Of a stretch of DNA of 64,000 bases, positions 9,486 to 17,462 are shown in pieces. Location: the IMG/VR virus record IMGVR_UViG_3300009503_000018, positions 64,001-128,000 of that record; one strand, written 5' to 3'. Below the pieces are notes generated by a model. It was not told the origin of the DNA and made no database searches. It saw only the letters and a program-made list of their open reading frames with translations. A program made the translations under genes and the position numbers. How positions within the stretch are numbered: position 1 is the stretch's first letter; each line of letters starts with the position of its first letter. This DNA comes from a virus.

Positions 9486-10264
9486 AGCTTCAGCTCCTTT
9501 ATAGCCGTTAAAAAGATTTTGCGATATTTTTCTTGCGCCGCAGTCGCAATGCGGTCTCCCCCGAAATCGTCCAATACTTCTGTTAGCCGTTTGGCAAATA
9601 CGGCTTGATTGATTCTTCCGGCAAGGAACTCGTTGGCCGAATCTTTCACAAGATTAGATTTTTCTGTTAATACCGTGACATACAGTTCTGTCATCTCTTC
9701 GACAAAGGTCACAAACGTTTTTTCAGCAACCCGATGGACAATATCCATCGGGTTTCTCATTTTCATAACAGTTTCTGCTTGCTCGCGCAGCTCGCGAAAT
9801 ACTGCTAGAAGCTTAAGCAAATTCGGTCCTGTATCATCACGTCCGCATTTTTCACATTTTGTCGCTGTATGGATTTTTTTCCACTCGTCGTGAAGATAAT
9901 TTACCCGATCCATGAGCGTAACCATCATGCGATCCAGGGTCTTGATCACATCAACGCGCTCTTTAAATTCCTCGGCAAAGATCGCTCGTTCGCCTTCTGT
10001 TAGGGTCGGGACACTTGGATTTCTCTCCAACTTCATTTCAATCATTTCATCGACAACATCTTTCACAGGGAAATGGTACTTAAAATGCCGCGACAGAGCC
10101 TTCTGAACGTTGGAAACTTTTCGCTGGGGGAAGTACTTTTTCGCGATCGCGTCGTATTTCCATAGATTAACCCAACGATCGGTGTGCAGAGCCTCACGCT
10201 GTTCGGGCGGAAGCTTACAAATTGAGCAATGTCCACTAAGTTTCATCGTCGTTAAAACCGCCAC
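9482..10264 (-). CDS. Hypothetical protein with N-terminal CxxC..H..H Zn/HTH-like region
   Basis: HCSICKLPPEQREAL..YDAIAKKY..ALSRHFKYH; a second CEKC motif; helical C-terminus. Confidence 0.55.
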   Translation of the reverse strand: MAVLTTMKLSGHCSICKLPPEQREALHTDRWVNLWKYDAIAKKYFPQRKVSNVQKALSRHFKYHFPVKDVVDEMIEMKLERNPSVPTLTEGERAIFAEEFKERVDVIKTLDRMMVTLMDRVNYLHDEWKKIHTATKCEKCGRDDTGPNLLKLLAVFRELREQAETVMKMRNPMDIVHRVAEKTFVTFVEEMTELYVTVLTEKSNLVKDSANEFLAGRINQAVFAKRLTEVLDDFGGDRIATAAQEKYRKIFLTAIKELKL

Positions 10265-11064
10265 AGCATGCTCGGAAAGCCGTGTTTTTCTACACAGTCA
10301 ACGAATTGCTTCATCGCAGGCTTTAGCGAATCATAATTTGATTTGAGAGCGTTGTATAGATCAGAATACAATGGAGTAAAATCTCCGCACTTATTAATTT
10401 CTTGAATACGTGGATACAATTGGCGAATTTCTGGGATATGTTCTGTGTGATACTTCAAAACCGTTAGCCCGTTCCGTACCATATCGTCAATGGCCGCTGA
10501 ACGTGGCTCAGCACCTTCGCGCATCGGGCGGGCCCATGTAAAATGCATGCGCGTTGTGTCCAACGGCTCATCAGAGTAATTTCCGATAATATCAGCTTCT
10601 GCTCTTTTCACGCACAAATCTTTTACAAGCAGCGATCCCCGTTTAACAATAACGGAATCAGCAAACACGTAATTCGCTATCAAATCCCCGTCGATGTGAA
10701 TTTGATTCGCCATAATCCTGTCAGCAAAGCATGGACCATAAAAGGTCATAACGGTTGCTTCAACTGTAGCAAACCGTGATTCGCCGACGATAAGGATTTT
10801 TTTCGCTTTAACGGACGCGGCATTAGAAAAAGGTTCATAACAGGCCAAAAATGAGCAGATAATTGGTCCGTGTATTGCTGTTTCATTGCGAAATACAATA
10901 TCGCCGGTGGCTTCTATTGAATTATGATGATGAAATTGGCACGGCCTTTCTACACACACATCGCCATCGACTTTAATATTGGCGTTTTTTATTGTACAAT
11001 CCGCCAACCATAGAGACCCGTTAACTTCCAAGCTGCCGGTAATATCTTTTCCTTCGATAATCAC
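10252..11064 (-). CDS. Hypothetical protein with beta-helix (bactofilin-like) N-terminal repeats
   Basis: Repeated I/V-x-G-D/S-L/V units (ITGSL, VNGSL, VDGDV, ATGDI, IDGDL); GTG start. Confidence 0.5.
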   Translation of the reverse strand: MIIEGKDITGSLEVNGSLWLADCTIKNANIKVDGDVCVERPCQFHHHNSIEATGDIVFRNETAIHGPIICSFLACYEPFSNAASVKAKKILIVGESRFATVEATVMTFYGPCFADRIMANQIHIDGDLIANYVFADSVIVKRGSLLVKDLCVKRAEADIIGNYSDEPLDTTRMHFTWARPMREGAEPRSAAIDDMVRNGLTVLKYHTEHIPEIRQLYPRIQEINKCGDFTPLYSDLYNALKSNYDSLKPAMKQFVDCVEKHGFPSMLWRF

Positions 11065-11070
11065 GCGGAG

Positions 11071-11099
11071 ATTATACTACTGTCAAAATCTTTTGGCAA
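11071..11099 (-). promoter_or_regulatory. Sigma70-type promoter, probably leaderless
   Basis: TTGCCA-17 nt-TATAAT followed by 6 nt and then the GTG start at 11064. Confidence 0.65.
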
Positions 11100-11114
11100 G
11101 AGGGTTTGATCGTA

Positions 11115-11372
11115 TTAAATTTCAACAACCCATTGGGGAACAAATGTCCGTTCGGTAATATGGGCGGCGGAGATACGATCTAAACGAAAACCTCGAATTT
11201 CATTTTTGGTCAAATCAAAACCAAAAAACCGAATACTGCCCGGGTCTTTTCCCGAACGCCAGGAATATGGTTCGACTTCCCGTGTCGAGGTCTGCCCTTT
11301 CTGGTCCGTGTAGTTGATGATAACGGTATGTAGGGCTCTAGCCGCTTGCCGTATTGCTTCTGACGGGTCCAT
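11115..11372 (-). CDS. Stand-alone WYL-domain protein
   Basis: VIINYTDQKGQTSTREVEPY..FFGFDLTKNEIRGFRLDRI matches the WYL signature Y..R.v.P..R.FrldRI. Confidence 0.85.
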   Translation of the reverse strand: MDPSEAIRQAARALHTVIINYTDQKGQTSTREVEPYSWRSGKDPGSIRFFGFDLTKNEIRGFRLDRISAAHITERTFVPQWVVEI

Positions 11373-11383
11373 TCCAAACGAGT

Positions 11384-11908
11384 TTAGGCTCCTTCGCGTT
11401 TAGAGCATGGGTCGTTCGGGTTGGGGAATGGAAGAATTTCGTCGTCTATTTTACCTTTTTTAATAACAGGAGAACCTGTTGCACCTTCGAAAAGATAATC
11501 AATTAGAGAAGCGGTATCGCCGTGCCATGTTGACATTTTATATTTTCTTTTCTGAATAGACTCTTCTCGAAGTTCGATTTCATTCATTTTGAAGTCCGCC
11601 GAGACAAAAACGACCCGCTTCGGACCGAAAAAGCCGATAATATACACTTTGTCTGTTAAGTCAAGACCATCATTTTGCGCGACGAGCATATGCGCATGGA
11701 GCATCCAAAAGACTTGTTTATGAGTAACATCAAAGCTAAAATGATACGCGAATAACACCCCATCACCACAAGGGAGTTCAGCAACTAACGGCGTTTGATT
11801 CATATCTTCCGGGGAGACGTTCGCAAAAGGGTCTTTGTTTTGTGCTGACACAACGGCACACAGAAACGACAACGAAAAAATAATTATAACTAAAATTTTT
11901 AATTTCAT
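11384..11908 (-). CDS. Exported/membrane protein with signal peptide
   Basis: MKLKILVIIIFSLSFLCAVVSAQ: basic N-terminus, hydrophobic core, probable cleavage after VSA. Confidence 0.65.
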   Translation of the reverse strand: MKLKILVIIIFSLSFLCAVVSAQNKDPFANVSPEDMNQTPLVAELPCGDGVLFAYHFSFDVTHKQVFWMLHAHMLVAQNDGLDLTDKVYIIGFFGPKRVVFVSADFKMNEIELREESIQKRKYKMSTWHGDTASLIDYLFEGATGSPVIKKGKIDDEILPFPNPNDPCSKREGA

Positions 11909-11920
11909 ACTACACCTATT

Positions 11921-12394
11921 TTACTTCCACGGATGGTATACATCAACTACACTTCGGTGGGGAGGGACCGTTCCGGGAAGCGGCGGAGGCGCATACATAT
12001 AATCGCGGTCGAGTAAAGGACGAGGAAATTGCTGAGCGGTAAATAATGCATCAATAGCGTCTTTGGTGAATACATCGGTTTTTTCTCCAGTTCGAAAAAT
12101 CGCCGGATCAAGAATAACCCCCTCACGAATCACCAATGGAACGACCAATTCAAATCGTGTATCGCGTCCTGTTGCTTGGATTTTGCCTGTAAAGTATGCA
12201 ACAGCATTTCGCAAAGACCCATCGGCCCATAAAGACTCAATATCGGTCTTGAAATGTGACCACGTCCCAGAAACTGGAAGTCCAAAACTCGATAAGAATT
12301 CAGACAATTTTTGAGAACCGACTCTAGCAATGGTAAGCGCGTTGGCTTCTCCGTATAGCTTAGTGTGTTGTGGCCGTTTATAATTCCTAGGCAT
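11921..12394 (-). CDS. Hypothetical protein
   Basis: 157-aa ORF packed in the operon. Confidence 0.6.
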   Translation of the reverse strand: MPRNYKRPQHTKLYGEANALTIARVGSQKLSEFLSSFGLPVSGTWSHFKTDIESLWADGSLRNAVAYFTGKIQATGRDTRFELVVPLVIREGVILDPAIFRTGEKTDVFTKDAIDALFTAQQFPRPLLDRDYMYAPPPLPGTVPPHRSVVDVYHPWK

Positions 12395-12397
12395 ATA

Positions 12398-12970
12398 TTA
12401 TGATGCGGTCCCACAATTTGTGCAAGTCGAATCGCACAAGTCTTCTCCGCATACTCGACAAGTCCCTAGTCGCACCAATGGTTCGTCCATGTTCACATAA
12501 TGACGAACTTCGGATGGAGAAAATTCGTGGGCGACAAAGTCATCATCCACGCCAATACAAGTGTCGTCGTGAATTTCGATAACATGTAAGCTCGTACCGT
12601 CGTGGAGTGTGGCGTGCGCATACAGTTTCATTGGTCCAAGAGAATTAGCTGGTTTAGTGGTGGGCGCGTGCTTTGTGGCTACGGCGTTTTGTACTTTTTG
12701 ACCCATGTCGAGATCGACTTTCGATATTGGTCTTCGGGTCTGAGCCGGATTCTCCATTGGACCAGCGACAATTTTGATGTGACCTTTGGTAATTCCTTCT
12801 ACCAAATAAGCGACCTTTTTCAAGTCCGGCTGTTCTTGTTCTGTTAGCTCAACAATACCTTCTCGATGGCAAAAATCGCTTAATTCTTTGAATGTAAAAC
12901 GATCTTTAAAAGGCAAAGTCGAACCCAAAGAGTCAAGAAAAATGAGCGCGGTCGGAACACTGCTATCCAT
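12398..12970 (-). CDS. Hypothetical protein with C-terminal zinc ribbon
   Basis: Ends CRVCGEDLCDSTCTNCG. Confidence 0.6.
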   Translation of the reverse strand: MDSSVPTALIFLDSLGSTLPFKDRFTFKELSDFCHREGIVELTEQEQPDLKKVAYLVEGITKGHIKIVAGPMENPAQTRRPISKVDLDMGQKVQNAVATKHAPTTKPANSLGPMKLYAHATLHDGTSLHVIEIHDDTCIGVDDDFVAHEFSPSEVRHYVNMDEPLVRLGTCRVCGEDLCDSTCTNCGTAS

Positions 12971-12971
12971 T

Positions 12972-13229
12972 TTATCCTAAGTCCTTTACGCCATGATCCC
13001 TTGACAAATGATCGCGTAGATCTCCGCCATTTGTAAATACACGATTACAACCCGGATACCGACACTTCCACGGTCGTCCTTCAGATGGCGCCGCGATAGA
13101 AGGTCCGGCAGTGTGTGTAGGATTTGCGCCAGCACCCGACATACTTGCTCCGCCACCCATCGGAGATATGCCGGGACCGAGGACATCGGGTCCAGCCTTT
13201 TTCAGAAAGGCTCTTTTGCTCAAAAACAT
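12972..13229 (-). CDS. C2H2 zinc-finger protein
   Basis: RPWKCRYPGCNRVFTNGGDLRDHLSRDH = C-x4-C-x3-F-x5-L-x2-H-x4-H. Confidence 0.75.
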   Translation of the reverse strand: MFLSKRAFLKKAGPDVLGPGISPMGGGASMSGAGANPTHTAGPSIAAPSEGRPWKCRYPGCNRVFTNGGDLRDHLSRDHGVKDLG

Positions 13230-13270
13230 GGTAACGTGACACCCCCAGTCAACAACTGGAACTTTTCATG

Positions 13271-13657
13271 TTAATTTCCAAATATGATACGTACAAGAAT
13301 CGGCGCAGCGACTGGAACATTCGCGTCAACGGAATTAGACCAAGCAGAGACCGTCGCCGCATCGGCAGTGTCAGCACGGAGCCAAAACCGAGTCGATCCT
13401 ACGCCCGTTACATTGACAAGAGTTGTGAATTCCTGACCACACGCAAATCCAGTTGGAAGAGCCACGGTAACAACCGTAGCTTTTGCATCTGGTTGAGTTC
13501 CAGCATTGGCCACAGGTTCATAAGCTAACTCATATTGCGTAATTGCGCCACAATCACTGTCTTGACGAAAGACAACTTGAGCAGGACCGCTTGCTAGACA
13601 CGAACAACTCAGAGCAAAAACAATGGGCAAAACATTACGAATCAGTTTAATAATCAC
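13271..13657 (-). CDS. Exported fibronectin-type-III-like beta-sandwich protein
   Basis: Hydrophobic N-terminal signal; QYELAY..RFWLRA..VSAWSNSV resembles FN3 strands C, F and G. Confidence 0.5.
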   Translation of the reverse strand: MIIKLIRNVLPIVFALSCSCLASGPAQVVFRQDSDCGAITQYELAYEPVANAGTQPDAKATVVTVALPTGFACGQEFTTLVNVTGVGSTRFWLRADTADAATVSAWSNSVDANVPVAAPILVRIIFGN

Positions 13658-13658
13658 C

Positions 13659-14219
13659 TTAATTCTCCTCTTCCCATGCCTTGATGAGGCTTATATGAAT
13701 TTTGCTGACACCTTCACGCTTCATACGTTCTACTACCCAATCGCCGAATTGGGCGGCTGCTGTTTCTCGGTCATATACTTTGGACTGATCCCGGGGATGA
13801 GAAAGAACGTCGGAATACTTCTTATGACAATTATCGCATTCGTAGGGATTTCCTTCTTTCGTTATATTTGGGGCTGAACAAGACTCGCACTCCCACAAAA
13901 TATGAACTTTATTTCCAACTAACGTGCGATAGGCAGCTTTCGCATAATCCTCTGTTGAATCTTCCTCGGCGATAAGACACCTTTCCTCGGTTCCCTCTTC
14001 TCCGACTCGAACAATGTAGGATCGGCCATCTTCCCCCGCTTCCATTTTCCATACTGGCTCATAATTGTCTCGAATACGATAGAGTCCCCCAACTTTAATT
14101 AAATCAGACCGTTTTACAATAGGCATAGGCGGCGGTTGGTTCCGCCCACGAACCCAATTTCGTAGATTTTCCCAATTAAAGCGCAATGTTGCCATTTCCC
14201 CTCCCCAAGGATTACTCAC
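13659..14219 (-). CDS. Hypothetical protein with zinc ribbon
   Basis: CESCSAP..YECDNC. Confidence 0.6.
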   Translation of the reverse strand: MSNPWGGEMATLRFNWENLRNWVRGRNQPPPMPIVKRSDLIKVGGLYRIRDNYEPVWKMEAGEDGRSYIVRVGEEGTEERCLIAEEDSTEDYAKAAYRTLVGNKVHILWECESCSAPNITKEGNPYECDNCHKKYSDVLSHPRDQSKVYDRETAAAQFGDWVVERMKREGVSKIHISLIKAWEEEN

Positions 14220-14275
14220 GAGAATTCAACTATTTTTTTATTCAAGAGAATACGTTTTCCCATAAAATAACCTAA

Positions 14276-15304
14276 CTATTGTTCAATTTGAAAGCGTCGA
14301 ATAAGCTTGTCAAAAGTCGTTGTTGAAATCTCTAAGATCTCCGCCGCCCGTTTCTTCGAACGAAACAGCTTTAAGCTAATAATCAGTATTATCTCTATTG
14401 GAGTATTGTATGATGACTGTAACCGATTGATGATCGGAGGCCATAGTTTCTTACATCGTTTTGAACAATAGCCAAAGCCTCTTTCAATAATAGTTTTTGT
14501 CGGTTTTAACTCATTTTGACAAAGCCTGTTTGCGCATTTCTTAGGCGTTCTGCGTCCTGGGATTGGCGTCCGTAATATAATGTTGGTGTTGCAATCATCA
14601 TCCGTACTTTGCTGAATATACTCCAGCGGCAAAGACGGAGATATTGGAGCTTCAAAAGGGACTTTTACTTGTTCAGTTGTTTTATATTCATTGATTATTT
14701 CAAATAACAAATTTCTCGATTGTTCGAGATTCAAATCTTGTCGGTTTCGCGCTTGGCTTAAAAGGTCTAAACGGCGCTGTTTAATAGCGTAATCAATAAA
14801 GTCCTCTTCGGGGGGTTGTGAAGAGTACACATACTCTTCTCCGACGGAGTTCATAAAATCCCCCAAGCGCTTTTCTATTTTGTCCTTACTGTCGTTGTCG
14901 TTGTTAAGGATCTCTCCTTTTAGTTCCTTTCGGAGTTTAAAAAGAGAAATTCCGAAACGCGAACGAAATTTTAAAATATAGTCGCGAATCGCGTTCCGAA
15001 CAACCGCTCTTACGTACAAATAGAATTCTTCTTCTGAAACAAACCGGGGCGGATGCTTATTAATTTTTTGTAAAAAATTAAGTAAGCTGAGATACCCCTC
15101 TTGTTCCAAATCTGCCCGATCATCCGGATTTGTGTGCGTCCCATATTCTTTGTGAATGAAGCCTTTAAGCCAAGGTTTGAGGACTTCGATTATTTCTTCG
15201 GGCGCGGGGGGACGATACTTGCGTACATATTTCCTTTTTCTATGCGCTGTTTTATTTTTATGTTGTTTGATAGTTGTGATATATTTATATTCTCTTCTTC
15301 GCAC
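14276..15304 (-). CDS. Sigma70 region-2-like protein fused to a Cys4 Zn motif and a Fis-type HTH
   Basis: DRADLEQEGYLSLL..FYLYVRAVVRNAIRDYI (region 2); CANRLC..YCSKRC; KKRAAEILEISTTTFDKLIRRFQI (Fis/HTH_8-like). Confidence 0.65.
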   Translation of the reverse strand: MRRREYKYITTIKQHKNKTAHRKRKYVRKYRPPAPEEIIEVLKPWLKGFIHKEYGTHTNPDDRADLEQEGYLSLLNFLQKINKHPPRFVSEEEFYLYVRAVVRNAIRDYILKFRSRFGISLFKLRKELKGEILNNDNDSKDKIEKRLGDFMNSVGEEYVYSSQPPEEDFIDYAIKQRRLDLLSQARNRQDLNLEQSRNLLFEIINEYKTTEQVKVPFEAPISPSLPLEYIQQSTDDDCNTNIILRTPIPGRRTPKKCANRLCQNELKPTKTIIERGFGYCSKRCKKLWPPIINRLQSSYNTPIEIILIISLKLFRSKKRAAEILEISTTTFDKLIRRFQIEQ

Positions 15305-15467
15305 GCTGTTTTTCAGTCTTGGAAAATTGAGATCGTGCGTTTTTTGCGAAAACTGCCTCCTTTTGTTGTTGTAATGTTTTGATAGTTTCCTTTCTTAGAG
15401 CTACCAACCCCTTTTCATAACGCTTGAATGCTGCGTCAATCATACGAAAAACATCTTGGGGTATCAT
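15285..15467 (-). CDS. Hypothetical protein
   Basis: 60-aa ORF coupled to its neighbours. Confidence 0.45.
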   Translation of the reverse strand: MIPQDVFRMIDAAFKRYEKGLVALRKETIKTLQQQKEAVFAKNARSQFSKTEKQRAKKRI

Positions 15468-15979
15468 GATTCACCAAAACGCGCTTGATAGTGCCAATTC
15501 CAGTATGTCACAATATTTTCTAGAGCTTCTTCTAATGTGGAAAATTTATGAGTTATTGTTTCGGTAATAAACGGATGATTTTGATACAAATAATTGTCTT
15601 CCTCGACGACGGCAATTATCGGCTTTTGATATTGCCACGCCCAAGCCATTTCGAAAAATGATCCAATCAGCGGCTTTTTGATTGGAATACCGCTATAGCC
15701 TTTTACTTTAAGATTGACGAGAAGAATGTGCGCCGATTTTACCATTGCATGATCGCGCATGAATACGGCGCTGTTCGGTATACTCGATGTAATCCCTCCA
15801 TCATTCGATGTGTTCAATTCTTTTTTCGCCATTGGCGACAATGGAATAATCCCATTAGCTCGCAAATACTCGCTTGCTTTTGCTCTCCATTCCGTGAAAT
15901 ACGGATCTTCCGTTGTAATAGTCCCCGCAAGATATACCCGTAAGGAGTCCTTTTTCAATTCAAAATTATTTTTTTTCAT
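15464..15979 (-). CDS. Nucleoside 2-deoxyribosyltransferase / nucleotide N-glycosidase-like protein
   Basis: VYLAGTI..LSP..RDHAMVKSAHILLVNL..IGSFFEMAWAWQYQKPII. Confidence 0.8.
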   Translation of the reverse strand: MKKNNFELKKDSLRVYLAGTITTEDPYFTEWRAKASEYLRANGIIPLSPMAKKELNTSNDGGITSSIPNSAVFMRDHAMVKSAHILLVNLKVKGYSGIPIKKPLIGSFFEMAWAWQYQKPIIAVVEEDNYLYQNHPFITETITHKFSTLEEALENIVTYWNWHYQARFGES

Positions 15980-16266
15980 AGATTCTCCTGATACTCAGGA
16001 ATATCACCGTTTTTCTTTACGGCCCCGTCTTCATATAAAGAAATGTATCTGCGATAAAATTCGAGGACTGCGCATATCAAAGTCCCTACTCCCAACGCAA
16101 GTGCCCAATACCTTTTCTCCGGTAGGACTTTGAGCAAAAGACGGGTCACTACATAATTGAGTTCGCCGGCGAACGCTGTATGTGATTTGTTCATACAAAT
16201 ATTCGCAGCAAGTTTCTCGATCCACGGATCTATTTCTTTTCTTCGCGTGTCTTCGATGTACGGCAT
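15976..16266 (-). CDS. Conserved small phage protein (resembles DUF6899)
   Basis: MPYI..GELNYVVTRL..LEFYRRYISLYED..KNGDI; motif recognised from memory. Confidence 0.5.
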   Translation of the reverse strand: MPYIEDTRRKEIDPWIEKLAANICMNKSHTAFAGELNYVVTRLLLKVLPEKRYWALALGVGTLICAVLEFYRRYISLYEDGAVKKNGDIPEYQENL

Positions 16267-16751
16267 GTTAGCACTTGTTGTGCTGGCGTCGTTTCCAAAT
16301 ATTCCGCTGCCCGCCTGAGATATTCGGTATTGTCGCCGAATTTCGCGATTGCATTATTACAGCGCCAGCACAATATTCCTCGAATTTGGTCTCTAATTAA
16401 TTTCGGATCTTTCCGTTTTTCCCCTTTTTCGTGTCGATGATCCACGCTTAGGCTGACCGTTTTTGGTGATCTTCCACAAATCCAACATACCCCGTTTTGT
16501 GCGTAAAGTAAATTTTTGTACTCGGTTAGGGTTATACCATACGTCCTCAAGAGAGCACAATCCCGTTTTCGTTCTTTGACAGTATATTGCGCAATTTCAT
16601 TAACACATAATTTACATAAATATCGTTTGTCTGGTTCGGTCAATACCGTATCACACCGCGAACAGTGTCCTCGGCAGCGGGGACATATAGCCCACTTCTC
16701 TTTTTTATGTTTCGTAAATATGGACCGGCACCGTTTGCATTTTTTCCGCAT
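16230..16751 (-). CDS. Recombination endonuclease VII family protein
   Basis: YGITLTEY..QNGVCWICG..SVDHRH..RGILCWRCN; extra N-terminal CxxC pairs. Start set at the ATG coupled to the upstream stop. Confidence 0.85.
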   Translation of the reverse strand: MRKKCKRCRSIFTKHKKEKWAICPRCRGHCSRCDTVLTEPDKRYLCKLCVNEIAQYTVKERKRDCALLRTYGITLTEYKNLLYAQNGVCWICGRSPKTVSLSVDHRHEKGEKRKDPKLIRDQIRGILCWRCNNAIAKFGDNTEYLRRAAEYLETTPAQQVLTCRTSKTREEKK

Positions 16752-16752
16752 G

Positions 16753-17241
16753 CTACGCTGTCCATTCTTTACCGTCAAGGAGAATTGTTATTCCAAAATT
16801 TCCATCAATTAATTTATATTGAACACCAGATTCTCGCAGCAAGTTCAATCCTATATGGACCGCCTCTTCCCACCGTTCCGGAGCGTGGTCGTAAATTTTT
16901 TTATGTCCAATAACTTCGGTTATGCCACATTGAATAATCGCCCGCGCACAATCAGGACATGCAAACCACGGAACATACATTTTAGCACTACGCGTTGAAA
17001 TACCTCTTTTTGCCGCTGAAAAGAGGACATTCCTTTCCGCGTGTTCGACGTACTTGTATTTCAGCGGGCGCTCCCAGCGGTCACGAGTTTCCTTAACGCC
17101 TGTAGGAAAACAATTTGCCGCGTCCGCTAAAATATTTCCACACGCATCAACGAGAACGGCGCCGTTTTGTGTACTAGGATCGGTGCTATATTTCGCAGCA
17201 ACCTGATACGCCAATTTCAAATAAAAATAGTCGTCTCTCAT
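16753..17241 (-). CDS. dCMP deaminase
   Basis: HAERN and PWFACPDCARAIIQCGI zinc-deaminase motifs; STDPSTQNGA. Confidence 0.9.
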   Translation of the reverse strand: MRDDYFYLKLAYQVAAKYSTDPSTQNGAVLVDACGNILADAANCFPTGVKETRDRWERPLKYKYVEHAERNVLFSAAKRGISTRSAKMYVPWFACPDCARAIIQCGITEVIGHKKIYDHAPERWEEAVHIGLNLLRESGVQYKLIDGNFGITILLDGKEWTA

Positions 17242-17450
17242 TATTCTGATTCTTCTCTTTCGTCTTCCTCTTCTTCTGTGACGACTTCAAAAAATGTTTC
17301 GGTCTTTTTTTCGAAAGTTGTGACAATGAAACCCTTTTTATCGTATTCCGGTCCAACAAATGCTAGTGCTTCGTCCTTGGAGTTAAACATTTTAACAAAA
17401 GTGGGGTCGTTTTGATTAGTAACAACTGTAAATAGACTCTTTCGTGCCAT
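17241..17450 (-). CDS. Hypothetical protein
   Basis: 69-aa ORF, GGAGG SD, acidic tail. Confidence 0.55.
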   Translation of the reverse strand: MARKSLFTVVTNQNDPTFVKMFNSKDEALAFVGPEYDKKGFIVTTFEKKTETFFEVVTEEEEDEREESE

Positions 17451-17462
17451 TTATTCCTCCGT

